NCBI RefSeq assembly: GCF_018977255.1
Contig: NW_024704743.1
Span: 41,542,001 to 41,606,000, forward strand
Source: Callorhinchus milii
Taxonomy: Eukaryota
Length of the DNA: 64,000 bases
Reading direction: 5' to 3'
In this document: positions 11,671-25,600 of the stretch, piece after piece
How positions within the stretch are numbered: position 1 is the first letter of the stretch
Layout of the letters: every line of letters starts with the position of its first letter
Translations under genes and position numbers: made by a program
The notes under the pieces: generated by a model
Databases searched by the model: none
What the model was told of the DNA's origin: nothing
The model's input: the letters and a program-made list of their open reading frames with translations, nothing else

Positions 11671-13689
11671 GTGCATTAAACTTTGTCTCGTACTGAGGGT
11701 TAAAAGTCAGGAATTATTGTGGACATTGGCAGAATTGCCATTTTTCTAAATCTGTTACAAGCAATGTGCCAATAAAATATAGAATTAATAAAAACGAAGT
11801 GAAGTCGAACTCCAATATCTCCATTTTTAAAATGGGCAAATTACAGCTGGAAGCATTGTCAGCCAGACACATTTCACAAGCTGCCCTCGATGCACTGACA
11901 CACACAAGAGGCTTACTGTCATGTCTGTCACAGAGGCTGATTTGAAAGGTGGGATTATCTGGGTTAAAGATTTTTTTTAAGATTAGAAACAGAGTATTGG
12001 GTAAACAAACTTCCAACTCTGTTTAAAAAAATAAAATTGATTCTAAAAACACAGAAAAATACATCTGATTTTCCCAGAGTCTTTACATTGCTCCTAATCA
12101 TGTGTAAGGAACAGCAGCAGTGAAGCTTCATTGCTTCCCTAGCCTGAGGACCTTTCTCCTTCTCAGTGATGTCACCTGGAAGTCTGTCACTTGTATGTAG
12201 AGGTTGAATGCAATTGATGTGCTGAATCAGAATTATTGGAGCATAGATTTGGCTATGTGAGGGGTCAGACATGTCCCCTGGGACCGTGGCTTGCACACAT
12301 AGTTGGGGTAAGGGAGGAGATGGTGCGGACGGAATTGAAGCTTAAACGTAATATTTGATAAAGTTGAAATCCAGGTTAATTCTGGAATATCGATATACTC
12401 AGAGGGTCTGGTTTTCTATGATATTGAAATCGACAGAGAAATCATTTTAATGCCTATAGTTATGTGACAACTTTACACTTATCCCTGGTGAACGCATCAA
12501 TGGATTACTTATTGGGTGAAGATACATATTTGCCACAGTGACAAGAATTCCTATTTGTAATGGGAATTCAAGCTTCATGGGAAGCTTTCCACCTGAGTCT
12601 ACGTTTATTCTTTACTATTTTCTTAGCATTTCAGAATATGAAGGATTTAGCAAATTCATAGGTATCTTGTTAATTTTTAACTTACTTTTCTGTTAGTTAA
12701 TAGATCGAGAAAAACAGTTTCAAAGACTGAATTTAATAATTTGGCAAATTCTGCATACTCTGAAAAACTAAGAAAATAAGAGTTAATGTAGACCCAGGTG
12801 GGACTTCTGCTCTACACTGGGTCTGTTTGTGTGCTGAAGTGGCATTGAGCCTAGGGTTTGTGTTGTGAACTGCCAACAAATTTCATGGCCTGTGTAGTTT
12901 GTTAACTTTAAGAACGTTGGTCACAAAAAATCATGCTTGTATGTTACTTCCTTCATTCTCCTTGATGCAGATATTTTGAGAAGCATTTTCTTTCATTGTA
13001 TTGACTTTTCATAAATGTTGCTTCTTTTAAAAGGTGATGGTCAACCATGTCTGATTTGAAATTGTCTAAGATTTTAATATACAAATTCAACAAACAACAT
13101 CTTGCATTTATATAGGACCCCTGGCTCAGGGTTCACAAACGCTTGAAACCAAAATTCAAACCATAAGGCCAGAAAAAGTTTATTCCTGTTATTGTCAGAT
13201 CAGGAAATTAGATCAGTTCAGACTCCTGTTGGCTCAGCTTTCAGGTGTCGAACAATGAGCCTACTATCCGTTTGATCATTTATGAAAAGTACAGCAGAAA
13301 TAACACCAGTTATGAAAACTCTAGAGAGTGAGGAACCTTTTAAGATTAAAAAAGAACTGTTATTAATGTATCCCCAAATCATGAACCAAAGATTTACTGT
13401 GTGATATATAACCTTAGGTAATTCAGATGCTATATACAGTATTAGCCCATACAGAAATCTGTTAATTGCTGTTGAAATGGCAATAACAATGTCTACCTAT
13501 TTATGTTTAAGAGAAAACATTAAAGGAGGCATATGAGAGTATAGGCATTATTTCAGAAGTTGAAAGCTCCAAATTAACTGCAGTCTTTCAACAGTGGAAC
13601 ATGTTGATGATGTGATAGAGCATTTTATCAAAATGTAAGTTCTTTGATGAATTTAGGAACTTTGTTATAGCACCAAATCACATCAAACC

Positions 13690-14050
13690 ATCTCAAAATG
13701 CATCATAAACTACTATCAAGTGTTATGACTATTTTTGTAGATAATCTCAACAAGTGTTTTATGCACAGCAAAGTTGCACAAATAGCTAAGGGCTGAATGA
13801 TCAGTTTATCTGGAAGATTGTTAGTCCAAGCCACACAAGAAATCCCCTTATCTTCTCCACTTGTATCATGGGATCATGGGATCTTTAGCATCCACATGAA
13901 GAACAGACAGGCAGGATCCAAGTTTAATGGAGGCACTCATTGTAGCACACTCCTCCCAGTATGCCATGAATTATCTGTCTTGACGGAAACTCAAATGGGG
14001 CTTGAATCTATAAGTTTCAGAGCCAAAAGGGATCACCTACGAACTGATCC
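13690..14050 (-). mobile_element. Deu-domain SINE, decayed
   Basis: Reverse complement of the Deu-SINE body (catgggatctttagcatccac...acagacaggcaggatccaagtttaa). Confidence 0.6.
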
Positions 14051-14687
14051 AAACTGACATCTAAATTGGTTACAAATATTTGACTTGTGCTTCTGAGCAG
14101 TAGTATATGTGAAGATGGTGGATGAAAAGGACTGAAATGTAAATGTAGCAACTTCACTTCCTGATCTGACAATCAACAGTATTGTAAAAGCTGTTTGGAA
14201 AGTCCAGAGGACAATCTGATGACATACAGTTGGCTTAACTGCATTTACAAATAAGGCAGCTGGCTGGTCATTTGTATGGTGAACACTGACCATATCCATA
14301 TTGCATGTGACATAATCCAGGACATGGATTTGGAGAAATTGCTCAGGATCCGACAGCACTAGTAAACTGCAGCTTGTACTGGCAGAACAGGACTTATCAC
14401 AAAAAAAGGTGTGGGGGGAGAGAGGGAGAGAGAGAGAGTGGTGTTTCAAAATACCATGAAGTGAAGCAATAGGAGCAATAGTGATTATCTGAAGATGATA
14501 ATTCTAAGAACCGTAAACGATTTCCCCACCAACCCCACTCCATGCAAGGCTAACCTCCTGGAGTCAGCTAGTGCCGGTGGAGATTGTGATGGGGTTCAGC
14601 CACAGACTGTTTTGGGCTTCGGTACCAATGTGCAGCATTGGAATTGGTTCAGGGTAGCCAAACAGTCAACATTGTCACCTGATTGTT

Positions 14688-14993
14688 GAGTTTTGTAGCT
14701 CAGTGGTTAGAGCACTTGCCTCGCAAGCAAGAGACCCGGGTTCAATACCCGGCAGGGTGAAACCTTGGGAAAGTTTCCTTATTCCACACGCCTGATAATA
14801 ATCCCTCAAGAAAAAAAATTGGTCACTTCAATCCAAGGCTCTTTGTGGGACACTGCTGTGCCAATTGGCTGCTGTGTTTCACCCACAAATATACAGTCAA
14901 TTCACTTTACAGTATATTCTGTGAAGCGTTTTGAGGTGTCTAGAAGACGTGACAAGCGCTATATCAAATGCAAGGATTATTATTATTATTATT
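14688..14993 (+). mobile_element. tRNA-derived SINE, internally deleted
   Basis: Head gtagctcagtggttagagcacttgcctcgcaagcaagagacccgggttcaatacccgg, plus shared tail and (ATT)n. Confidence 0.9.
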
Positions 14994-17854
14994 GCACTGC
15001 GTATATGCCAATCAGACATTCCTGGCAGAGTGTGAAGGTAAGGTTAACACAATGTGTTGTAGTTTCAAACATACTGATTGATTGCATATCTTCCCAGGAA
15101 TAAGGGCCACCAAAATACACAAATTTCTGAATCAACCTGGTTTCTTCTCAGAGTACAATGGTACACAATGCGAGACAGTGTAGGCTCTAGGTGGAGAGGC
15201 TTTCCTTTGTGAGGAATTAATGGCAGTAGAGGAGATTTAGAACACATCTCAAACACAGTCAAAAGAAGCTACGTTTGTGTACTGTGCGTCAAAGGGAGGA
15301 ATTGATTTTTTTCTGGTTTTCATTTTAACTAGTGCAGCTGCCATAGTAATGGCATTAAGCATCTGTACAAATAAAGCATAGCTTCCATGTAATGTGCCTT
15401 TGATTTGTGTGTGGCACATGTACAGCTTTTACATGGTGCAAATTGCACGTCAGTTTGATATGATGGCCACTGTTTGCATCTGTGATGCTTGAATATAAAT
15501 TCCACCTCCTCTATCACTGGCACAGCTTGACTTATTCTCAATGATTGTTTTTTTCTGTTATGTTTGGATTACAACTTTCTCAGTTCACATTTTTTTTAGC
15601 ATTCACAACATTTATGTAGCTGAAGCTGTGTCTGTGTTATTCACTGCATATGAACAGTGGTTGATACCTTTTACCGAGTTGGTCTTGCTTATGAGTAACG
15701 GACAGCAACTGCAATGCAGACCCCATGACTTTAATGATAGGCATATAAAGGTTCTGCTTATATAAAATAATATATGCTATATAACAATAAATGAGAGCAT
15801 GTCTGAAACAAGGTGGGCACAACACACTCTGAATAAAACCATTTGGATTGCTACAGATTCCTGGCCAGGATGTTGTATCAGGTGAAAAAAATGGTTGTGA
15901 AAGTAAAACAATATTAAATGTGCTTTTCTCCTTCAGTGTCATGCATGCAAGTATCCAGTAAGTGGAGCTCTTCCATAGTACACCCTCCTTAAACTTTTTG
16001 CATCAACCATATTCCAGATTTTTTTTCAGCAAACACTGAGAAAATGATAATCTGACGCTGAACTGGTGGAAGAAGAGCAACATTTTAGCTTTGGAGTCAT
16101 TAGATGGTGTAAATTCTTACCGTGAAGTAATTTGTTCAGTGCAGTTTCACGAGTTACCACAACTAAATCACAAGTTTAATATGTAAAAGCAAAAGAGGGA
16201 AAGCTCTGAGAGGAAAAGGTGCCATGACAAATAAATAATGGCACAAGTGTGGTCAGAACACATCACGTTGTCTTGTGCATTTTGTAATAATAAGTAAAGC
16301 TGCATGCACCTGACTGAGCTGTGGAAAATACCAACTGTGAAGAAATATTTTAAGTGGCAGTTGTATAGCATACATCTTCATAGTCCCCTTTTGGATTTTC
16401 ACCAGTTATGATTTTTTATAATCATATTAGATGGGTTTAGTACAGTTCCATTCCTAATGTATTAAGTGATTTGTACAAAGAAAGCTAGCATTTGAGGTGC
16501 GACTTAACAGGTGCCATGTGCAAATTAAGATAAGGAATGTATTAAGGAGTACAGCAAATTTATTCCTTAGCTATTGTGTAATGCACCTATTTCTTAACTA
16601 CTCAAATGCCTCTGTGGATTACCCCACCTATCTCCATGACCTACTTCAACCCTACTAACTCGACAGTCTCATTGCACAGAGAAAAATGGTCTACTTTGTG
16701 TCCCCAGCTCTATGTACTCTACTCTCTGAAACTCCATCCCGGAGCTCCGCTGGCTTGTTCATTCAAGGTCTCCATCCATTCCATATTCACCTCAAGACCT
16801 AGATTTTTAACTGCACTTTCGGTCATTTTTTCCCAAATCCTTCGGCTCCCTCTCCAAGCTCAGGTATCCAGCAAGGAGTGTCAATTACTTTGAGATGGCT
16901 TCCCAACATGAATACACTATAAAAATGTAAATTGCTGTTGTAGTATCATAAAACAATCTCTGCATAGTGTTTATACACAGTGTGAGCCTTAGTGTAAAAA
17001 ATCATGGATGAATCGTTTCATTCATATAATCATGCATTTGCCAAAATAAGTCACTACACTTCACATTAAATCTTGTGAAGCACTTTGAGATGTCATCCCA
17101 ATGTGAAAAGCTCTAAATAAATTACAAGGATTATTATTGTTCTTTTATAATGATACAATGCAATTTGCATTTATAAAGTCCCTTTCACATTAGGAAGACA
17201 TCTCAAAGTGCTTCACACAGCTGAATGGAGACCTGAGCTCAGGGGAAAGGAGAAAAAATAAGTGAGAAAAGAGGAATTAAGATGACTGCGTAAACATCCT
17301 GACTGCAATTACATTCCTACAATCAGTTTTACCTTGTACAATTCAACACATCTTGGACCTGATGAAATTCATAATCAAACAGAATAAACCCAGTGTTATC
17401 AGTTGACTGTGTAGGAATAGGACATTTAATCCCGCACTGGATAATTTATACAATTTTGCAAAACTGATCCACAGTGGTTGTGCATTTAAAATTAAAAAAG
17501 CAACATAAAATAAAATAAATACACAAGGGTGACATTTGATTCTTGAACAATCATGTTTCAGCAAAATTCTAACCCATTTTAAATTATTTTTTAATCCATA
17601 GATTGTACGCATCTGTGAAAATTGGGTCACTTTGAGTGCAACTTTGTGTATAAATATGATAAATAATAAATGCCTAGGAACATAAGAGAATAGGAACAGG
17701 AGGAATTAATTCAGCCAACCAAGCCTGTCCCACAAGTTTGTTTGATTACAGCAATGCTCTGCCCTCCTGCCACACTCCTTAATACCTCTGCTACCAAAAT
17801 ATCTGTTTTTCTCTCTTTAAAATAACCAGTATAAATAGAATCAAGAGCATGAGC

Positions 17855-18232
17855 ATATGCTCGCCTCTAAGTCAGAAGATTGAGGTTTTAAATCCCTTGA
17901 ATATGGTACTGGGGGTGCGCTGTGCTATTCAAGGTGCTGTCCTTTGAATGCTGTTTTAAAATGAGGTCCAGTCTACCTATTTAGATTAAAGATTACAGAT
18001 CCTATTGCACTATTCAAAAAGAAAAGGGGGCTTATCCGGGTGTCCTGGTCAACAATCCCCCAAATAAAATTGTGGCTGTTTGTGAGATATTCCTGTGTGC
18101 AAATTGCCTGCTGCATTCGCCTACAAAATACAGACTCTCAATCTTACAGAGTATCCTGCAAAGCTGCTTGAGATGTTTTTTTGACTTGATAAGGAGCTGT
18201 AACAAATGCAAGGATTATTATTTTTATTATAT
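17855..18232 (+). mobile_element. Deu-domain SINE
   Basis: ctcgcctctaagtcagaagattgaggtttt head remnant, gtactgggggtgcgctgtgct core, shared tail. Confidence 0.7.
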
Positions 18233-18274
18233 TCGTAAACAAACATGGCACAATAGTAGACCCTACCGACATTC

Positions 18275-18525
18275 GTGAAGTGAATGACCAATTTATCTGG
18301 AGGATTGTTTTCTGCTTTTGAGTTGCATCATGAATCTTTAATGTCTACCTGAACAAGCAGATAGGACCACAGTTTAATGTTTCAACTGAAAGGTAGCACT
18401 GCTGACAAAACAGCATTACCCCAACCTAGACTATGCAAAAAATCTTGATGGGCGATTCATAAGATCCTGTCTTAAACTTGCAAACCTCTAACTCAGAGGT
18501 AAGAGGCTCACAACCAAACCAAGCT
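18275..18525 (-). mobile_element. Deu-domain SINE, decayed, tail-to-tail with the previous copy
   Basis: cacagtttaatgtttcaactgaaaggtagcactgctgacaaaacagcattacccc is the reverse Deu core. Confidence 0.6.
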
Positions 18526-19465
18526 GATGGGGACTGCTGGGTAAACATGCTCATAACACATAGAATCAAAGAATATTACAACATACATACACACATACAT
18601 GCATGCCATTCAGCCATCAGGTGTTTTGTTTCACATGAATCACATAATATAATTTCAGCCTGTTAGCTCTCCAAACCCTTTTTCAAACCTCTATTTAATT
18701 CCCTTTTAGAAGAATTTATGGACTCCGTTTCAGCAATAATTTGAGGCAGAGAATTCCGCTTTCTAACTGCCCACTTTGTAAAAATTGTTTTCTAATCTCC
18801 CCTTTCATTCAGCACTCCAAGACACGAGGTCAAATGAAGGGCGCTATATAAATGTAGGTTGTTGTTGTTGCTTTGTCATTGTCTTAAATTTCTGCCCACC
18901 AAAATTAGGGCATTATTTAATAATTTTCCACAATTCTGAGCACAAGATGCCTTGCAGACTAAGACTACTTGTAATTTTAGACACAAGAGTCTTTGCTGTC
19001 TAGATATTCAGCGATGAGGTCAAATACAACACATGAAGAAGGACAATTAGCTTCCTCTAAATAATCCCCAACATAAGGCAAAGTTCAATGGCTATTCCAT
19101 GTAACAAAAATAGATTCTGCTAGTGGCAAATAATCAATGGATCATTCTAAATCCAACACATCAAAAAGTACATAGTGTAAAAGGATTACCCAGTGAAGCG
19201 ATGGAGGCAGATTATGGCAAGAATTGCAATAAAAATAATTAGATAGCTGGTCGTCAATGGACTGAAAAATATAAGAGACATACAGTGAATGATGTTATCA
19301 AACTACAGGATGGATCAGATTGAGGTCAGATGGACGTTCTTATGTAAGCTTTCCGTGCACCAGATATCAATTTGACTTTGAAATGTAATATAATTATAAT
19401 TGTCAACTGTTTTGGATATCACCCCTGACCTGAAAAGCACCATTTAAGTGTAGATTGCTTTGCAC

Positions 19466-19490
19466 TATATATATATATATATATATATAT
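19466..19490. repeat. (TA)n microsatellite
   Basis: Direct observation. Confidence 0.95.
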
Positions 19491-19819
19491 TTATTTAGGT
19501 GATTGTGTTCATAATTTGGAAAAGTGCAGAATGTATGTAAATGTTTCTTTGTTTCAGATCCCAGGTATTAAGCTCTCTCCTTCCCATTTCTTTTATGTAT
19601 GAATTATTAGAATTATTTTTCCGTGGCTTCTGCACGTCCCTCGTCCCCTCTGCTTCACCATCAGTGGCAGTGCTTTGAGCCGCTATGCTCTGACGCTCTG
19701 GAATGCCCTGCCTCAATCCTTCTGCTGTGCCCTCTCCTTGCCTGACTTCAGATCACACCACAAGACTTTCCTCTTCAACCGTATCTATGGTCACCTCCCA
19801 ATGACTATTATCTTTGGAG

Positions 19820-20490
19820 GGGAGGGGGAGATAAGCAGGGGTATCATGAGAGCTGAACTGGCTCTAAGATGACATGTTTGGCAACAGAATACTGGAATAC
19901 AGCATATGCTCTGTGGTGGTCTTGGTTGTTCAGTTATTGATCCAGATGGGTCCGCAATCTGCTGACAGTACAGCTCATCGGCAAGGCTTGGAAGGGCAGA
20001 CCAGTCACTGGGGCAGGGATTCTTCCCACTCAGCTCCCATTTCCCTTCTAAGCCAAAGCTTTAATAGGTAGAATGGTCTGCCTGGAAAAGCAGCGGAATA
20101 GCAGCGGCGAAAGCTGGCTAGACAGTGCTTTAAAGGGCAAGCTATGTTGATTTATGTGTGCTATGAACGCACACTCTGGGGTCCCCAAGACTTGGCTCTT
20201 GACAATCTGCACCTAATACTTTCCACCATTCGTTAGGCAGGATGCATTCCTCCAAGGAGAGAGGGCACATTCCATTCTAATAAACTTCTCTGGAATTTCC
20301 CTGCATAGGTGGGGTGCATGGAATTCTCAGTTTGGTTTGGATACTCTTAAGCATAGTGATGGTTTCTGCGTGTTTCAGACATCTGGCTGAGAAAAACAAA
20401 AATCACCTTCCCTTTCTCCCCAGCTTTGTGTCAAGCCACGCCGTTGTTAAGCACTATGTGATTTTATGAAAAGCACTATATGAATGAAAA
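19820..20490 (+). repeat. Unclassified old retroposon-like repeat ending in an L2-type tail
   Basis: The 5' part is homologous to 9680-9900. It ends gttaagcactatgtg...tgaaaagcactatatgaatgaaa. Confidence 0.5.
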
Positions 20491-22089
20491 TCAAATTAAA
20501 GGATTTCCTTGTGATCCACAACTATCAATAAAAATAAATATTTTCTATGTTTCTTCTATTGATGGAATGCTTTGCTTTTTTTAGGTCAAGACTGAGCTGG
20601 TCAAGAGTAATACTGTCTTCATTTGTGTGGCGATTTACTCTATAACTTGGTTATTTATATATTTATATAATATTTATATATATAATTGAATTATAATGGT
20701 AAAAAATAGTATTCTTTAATGTGCTCCTTAACATTATTAACATCGGTGTTAATTATTGCCAGTAATAATTAACATGATTAATTCCAGAAATAATTATGAG
20801 CTGAAATGTGAGCAAGAACTAATTCACATTGAATCTGTTGCAATACCCCCGACTGGCTATACACAGACATATGGGTCACAAGATTATTTTGGATGAAAAA
20901 GACAGTTCAGCCCATCTGATCTCATCCCACCAAAATAAGCAACCTCCTATCCTCCCATCACGGTAAGTTTTTTTTAAACTGAGTTTGGTATCCTAACCTA
21001 AACCACTCTTCCTGGCATCCTCTTCTTATTAATTACCCTACAGGTATAGAAGCACTGTCCTGCAATTGCCCTTTGCAACTTACCTTTGTAGTCTTTTGTG
21101 ATTTTACCCTTATGAAAGGCAATGAAGCTCATTGCACTACTGACCCACATGAGGTTAACTTAGAAAAACTGGGAACTGTTGGTTTATGTCCCAAGCCCTA
21201 TACTGGATAAACACACTGAGATATTGGCAGAGACATTGCAGACAATTTGCACACAGCAATGTCCCTATATATATTCCGGTGGCAATCTCGTAATATGAAA
21301 ACAGCATTAGAAAGCATTTTTGAAAAAGGTGAAATCCGTGAGCAGAAAGACAGATTAACTTGCAATCCAAGTTCACCTCTTAGCAAATTACCACTTGTTA
21401 AATAACTTCTTTACATCCAGCTACTGTAGCAATTTTTTGAATATCGGGCTATGTTCAATATGAGCTGATATGAATAATATGAATAATATGAGTTGTGTAA
21501 TCCATGTGTAAACAGATGTATACAGAGAAAATTAAAAGTTACCTTCATTATGTAACAATCAAGGAAAAAGATTATAAATTATTCTGCAACATTTTACATT
21601 GGTAAATTAAATAATTAATAGCATGTTTACACCTTCAGTTACACATGGTTAACACAACCTGCATTATACACTCTGTGGTTAGAATCTGAGCAGTGTACAA
21701 ATGTAGGACAATTGAATGCTTGATGTCTTGAGCTTGGGGCAATGTGAATTACGTTTCTCTATGACATCTGCCTACTTTAATTCTTTAACAATATGAACCG
21801 TGCATCCATTGTATGTGGTGCTTTTTGGAGCAAAAATCACCATCTTAAATGTCATTTGGTAACAAACCCAGATGGAATGTGTAATCACATATGCCATTGT
21901 TTGAGAAGAGACGGTATTTCTTTTACAGCCAAATAACTGCTTACATGTTCATGTCAAAGAGCCTAGACTTCAAAAACTGTCTGGAAGTGCTCAATATGTT
22001 TCTCAAACAACATACTGCTGCTATCATATCTCACTTAGCAGTCAATTCAGTGGAATCACGACCTGGAGAGATTATGCCAACTCTCTGCT

Positions 22090-23560
22090 TGCTGGACTAT
22101 CTGCCTCTTCCCTTCAGGGGCTGCAGTATATCCAGAACCCTGCTGTCCATGTCCTTTCACTCATTAAAATCTGCAAGCCCATCACCCCTTACTCGGTTCC
22201 ACTTCTCCGCAACCCCCAGAGGATCAGATTTAAGATCTTCGTCCTAACCTTCAAATCACTCCAAATCCTTCCAATGTCTAGCCCCACTCTACCTCTGTCT
22301 CCTCCTCAAACACTACTAACCTGGCAGCTCTCTTTGCTCAGTAAAACAACAACAGCAACAACAAAATTACATTTATAGAGCGCCTTTCACGTCGGGAGGA
22401 CGTCCCAAAGTGCTGAACAGTCAGATGTCGGGACCCAAGCATGGGGGAGGAAAAAGAGATTTGAGATTGGCCGGTAGCTGGATAGCTGTGATGGGTCGAT
22501 GGAAGGTTTGGTTAAGTTGGGGATGATAATGGCTGTTTGAGGGGGGAAGGAGCAATGCCAGATGACAGAGAGAAGTTGATGATGTCTTCAAGTAGTGGGA
22601 CAAGGAGGTGGAGCTGGGATTTAAGGAAAGGGGTGGGGTTGGGGTCGAGGTAGCTTGTTGTGGGCTTCATGGAGGTTACCGTGTTGAAGGCAGAGGAGGG
22701 GATGACAGGTTCAAAGCTGTGGAAGGAGGAATGGATAATTGTCGGATGAATAATTGTGTGGGATGTGGGTAGGGAGGGGGTGGAAGTTGGGAGGGCAGTG
22801 GCAGCTGAGCGGATTCCCTCGATTTGGGATTCAAGGAAGTCCAGCATTTTCTCACAGTGAGAATCAGAAGATAGTATCTGCGAAGCGGGTCGGGGAGGGC
22901 GGAGGAGCCGTTTAGTGGTAGACAACAGGAGCCTGGGATTGCCTTTCACCTCCAGAATTAACCTGGAATAGAAGGACGATTTGGCCGAGGTGAGAGCAGA
23001 GCAGAAGTTTTTGATGAGGTCCTGCCAGATGTGGTGGTGGACCAATAGGCTGAATTTGAGCCAAGTGCATTCAGCAGACCACACTTGGCCCTTAAGCAAG
23101 CAGAGGTGGCTGGTGAACCAGGGTGAGAATCAGGAATAGGAGGCTGTTCGGGAGGTGATGGGTGTGGTGTGGTAGAGAGGGTGCTGCGGAGAAGAGTGAG
23201 TGCATTGAGTGGGTTGTTGCAAGAGGTGGGCCAGAGGGGGAGGAGATCAGAGGATTCCAGGGCAGCAGAGAGGAACTGCGGGGAGATCTTCTTCCACGGG
23301 TGGTAGAAGATGGTGGTAGGTTTGGAGGCTGTCGGGAGAGGGATGTGGGAGTTGAGGGAGATGAAATGGTGATCAGAGATGGCCTTGTCAGTGATAGTGA
23401 CGGTCAGAGATGATCTGCTTCACATCCACTGCTCGACCCGCCCTACCATAAACACCCCTACTCCCAGTTTGGGTGCAAACTTATCAACTGTCCAGCGCTT
23501 TGGGACATTGTTCTGTTGACATAAAATGCACTATATAACTATATATTTGTACTGTATTGT
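22090..23560 (+). mobile_element. Old L2 fragment split by a younger antisense L2
   Basis: 22090-22340 and 23412-23560 are consecutive parts of the L2 RT C-terminus and 3' UTR when compared with the 996-2848 copy. Confidence 0.6.
22345..23410 (-). mobile_element. L2 LINE with a large internal deletion
   Basis: The 3' tail (22345-22450) joins directly to ORF2 sequence equivalent to about 2405 of the first copy. ORF 22512-23099 is the EN-RT linker. Confidence 0.92.
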
Positions 23561-25099
23561 AGTGTATTGTGTGTATTTGACCTGCTTGAGGGAGACTGAG
23601 TGTTTATTAGAAGAGGTAATAAGAGTTGCTGTGAATAAGTAGAATCAATTTGCTTCATGTTCTATTGCTATTCGCAAAATTGGCTACCGTGTTTGCCTAC
23701 AAACAACACAGTAACACTACACTTCACAGTAAAATCCTGTGAAGCCTTCAAGACATAATAGGCTTTATATCAAATGCAAGGATTAAGGAATGGAATGGAA
23801 GATTCCATGGACATTGTAAAGGAGAAATTTAAGTTGAAGAATGTAAAGAGTGGAGAAAGAAAGCAGAGAGAAGTTGAGTTCAGTGAGGCAGATTGCAATA
23901 TTGCTGTACAACTTGCACAATTTTTCCAATAGGCCTGAAACTCATCAATCGTAGCGTAACTTCCTCTATGTGCTCTTTGTCAAATGGGTAAATCGTACAC
24001 TTATCATAGCCAGGGGAATTCATATTTCTCATAGATCGACAGCTGTGTTGATCACAGAGGAGCTTTTCAGGTATTTCAGGTACAGCAGCCATTAAAAATA
24101 CACAATAAGTGAATCTATGTCCATATGAACTATTCATCAGTTTCAGCTTTCACGTGAAAATTAAATTTGAATTAAGCACAACTAACAATGATCTGGACTA
24201 AGATGGACAGAATTCCTTCATAGGCGATCCCAAACACCTGTCAATTCAACTCTGCTGCCACTTGTTCACTAAGTTGCTCAGAATTAATAGAAACGCATAA
24301 GATCTCTCGAAGCCTTGTATTAAGGGTCTGATGATTTACATTCAATATATGCAAACAATCAAAATTCATAAATTAGGCAAAAAAATGCATTAAGAAAGAA
24401 GAAGCAAATGGAACTAAGAGACTGGCAATGCCCTTATTATTATCGAGCTTCTGCATTGGCAACGGAGCAGGAATACTGAATTACAACCACCAAATTTTCT
24501 TTTGACAATTTAATTGTACTGGTGACATTGAGATAGAGGACAAAATCGCAGCCATGTGCAGACACTTGTCATGGCCTATAAAATGCATCTGTCTATTAAA
24601 GTCACACACAAAAATGACAGATCATAAAAATCTCTCATGGGAGGATGACATCCATGCTTACATCACCTACTTTGACGTAATATTATTGCAGGTCAGGCAA
24701 TAAAACTCTGTTAAAGACCACCTGCCGATTGAACGGTAAAAGGTTGGAAGTTTGCCCAATAATGAATCATGATGTTTGCAACCAATACTGTTATCTGGTG
24801 AGACTACAGGGAGTAATATAATAGGATATTAGAGTTACCTGAATATTTGATCAAGTAATTAATGCAAACTGTGCTGCACTACTTTTATCTAAGAGGATCT
24901 AAATCATTGGGCTTCATTTTCTTTGTTCCCTCGCTAATAAGAATAACAATGACATAGAGAAGCTTAATCACCTGCTTGGCATGCTCCTGTGTAGGTATCC
25001 CAGATACATTTTTACAAGGAATTCAATTAATGCATAACTAAATTTCCCCAGTCTGACAAACCACCTCAGCTCCAACTTTTGTTTCTTCTCTCAAATACA

Positions 25100-25400
25100 A
25101 ATTAACTTGAAGGCCTGCCATCCCAGGCCTCTGAGACTCTCATGTGTGCATTTATTACCTCCAAGCTTAGTATGCCAATACGCTGCTGGCTGGACTCTCC
25201 ACCTCTTCCATGCACAGGCTGCAGACTATCCAGAATTCTGCAGCCTGCGTACACTCCCGTTCTATGTTCCACAAGCCAATCACCCAAATCCTCACTTGGC
25301 TCCACTGGCTCCCGAGTGGATAATGGATAAAGTTATTTTCAATCCCTCCACGGTCTCAACTCAGGCTACTTCTGCAACCTCTGTCACCCATACCACCTCC
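25100..25400 (+). mobile_element. L2 fragment
   Basis: ETLMCAFITSKL, LQTIQNSAA and LHWLP-like motifs. Confidence 0.75.
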
Positions 25401-25434
25401 CTAGACACTTCAAGGTTCTAAATATGGCCCCTAG

Positions 25435-25600
25435 TTTTAACGTTTCATTCAAAAACGGCACCTCAAACAAGGCAGCACACCTCCAGCACTGTACTGAAGT
25501 GTCAGCCTAGATTTCTGCGAGTACCAACTCTCAGCATGGGACTTGAACCCTCAATCTTCTGACTCAGAGATGATAGCGCTACCAACTGAACCAGGCTGGT
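25435..25600 (-). mobile_element. Deu-domain SINE 5' half
   Basis: cagcactgtactgaagtgtcagcctag...gggacttgaaccctcaatcttctgactcagag (reverse B box plus Deu core). Confidence 0.75.

Noticed and set aside
20737..20774. Overlapping short palindromes
   Set aside because: The 11-bp stem is almost pure AT in AT-rich context and may be chance.
23880..24137. 85-aa minus ORF
   Set aside because: No convincing splice sites or recognisable homology; a conserved non-coding element is at least as likely.
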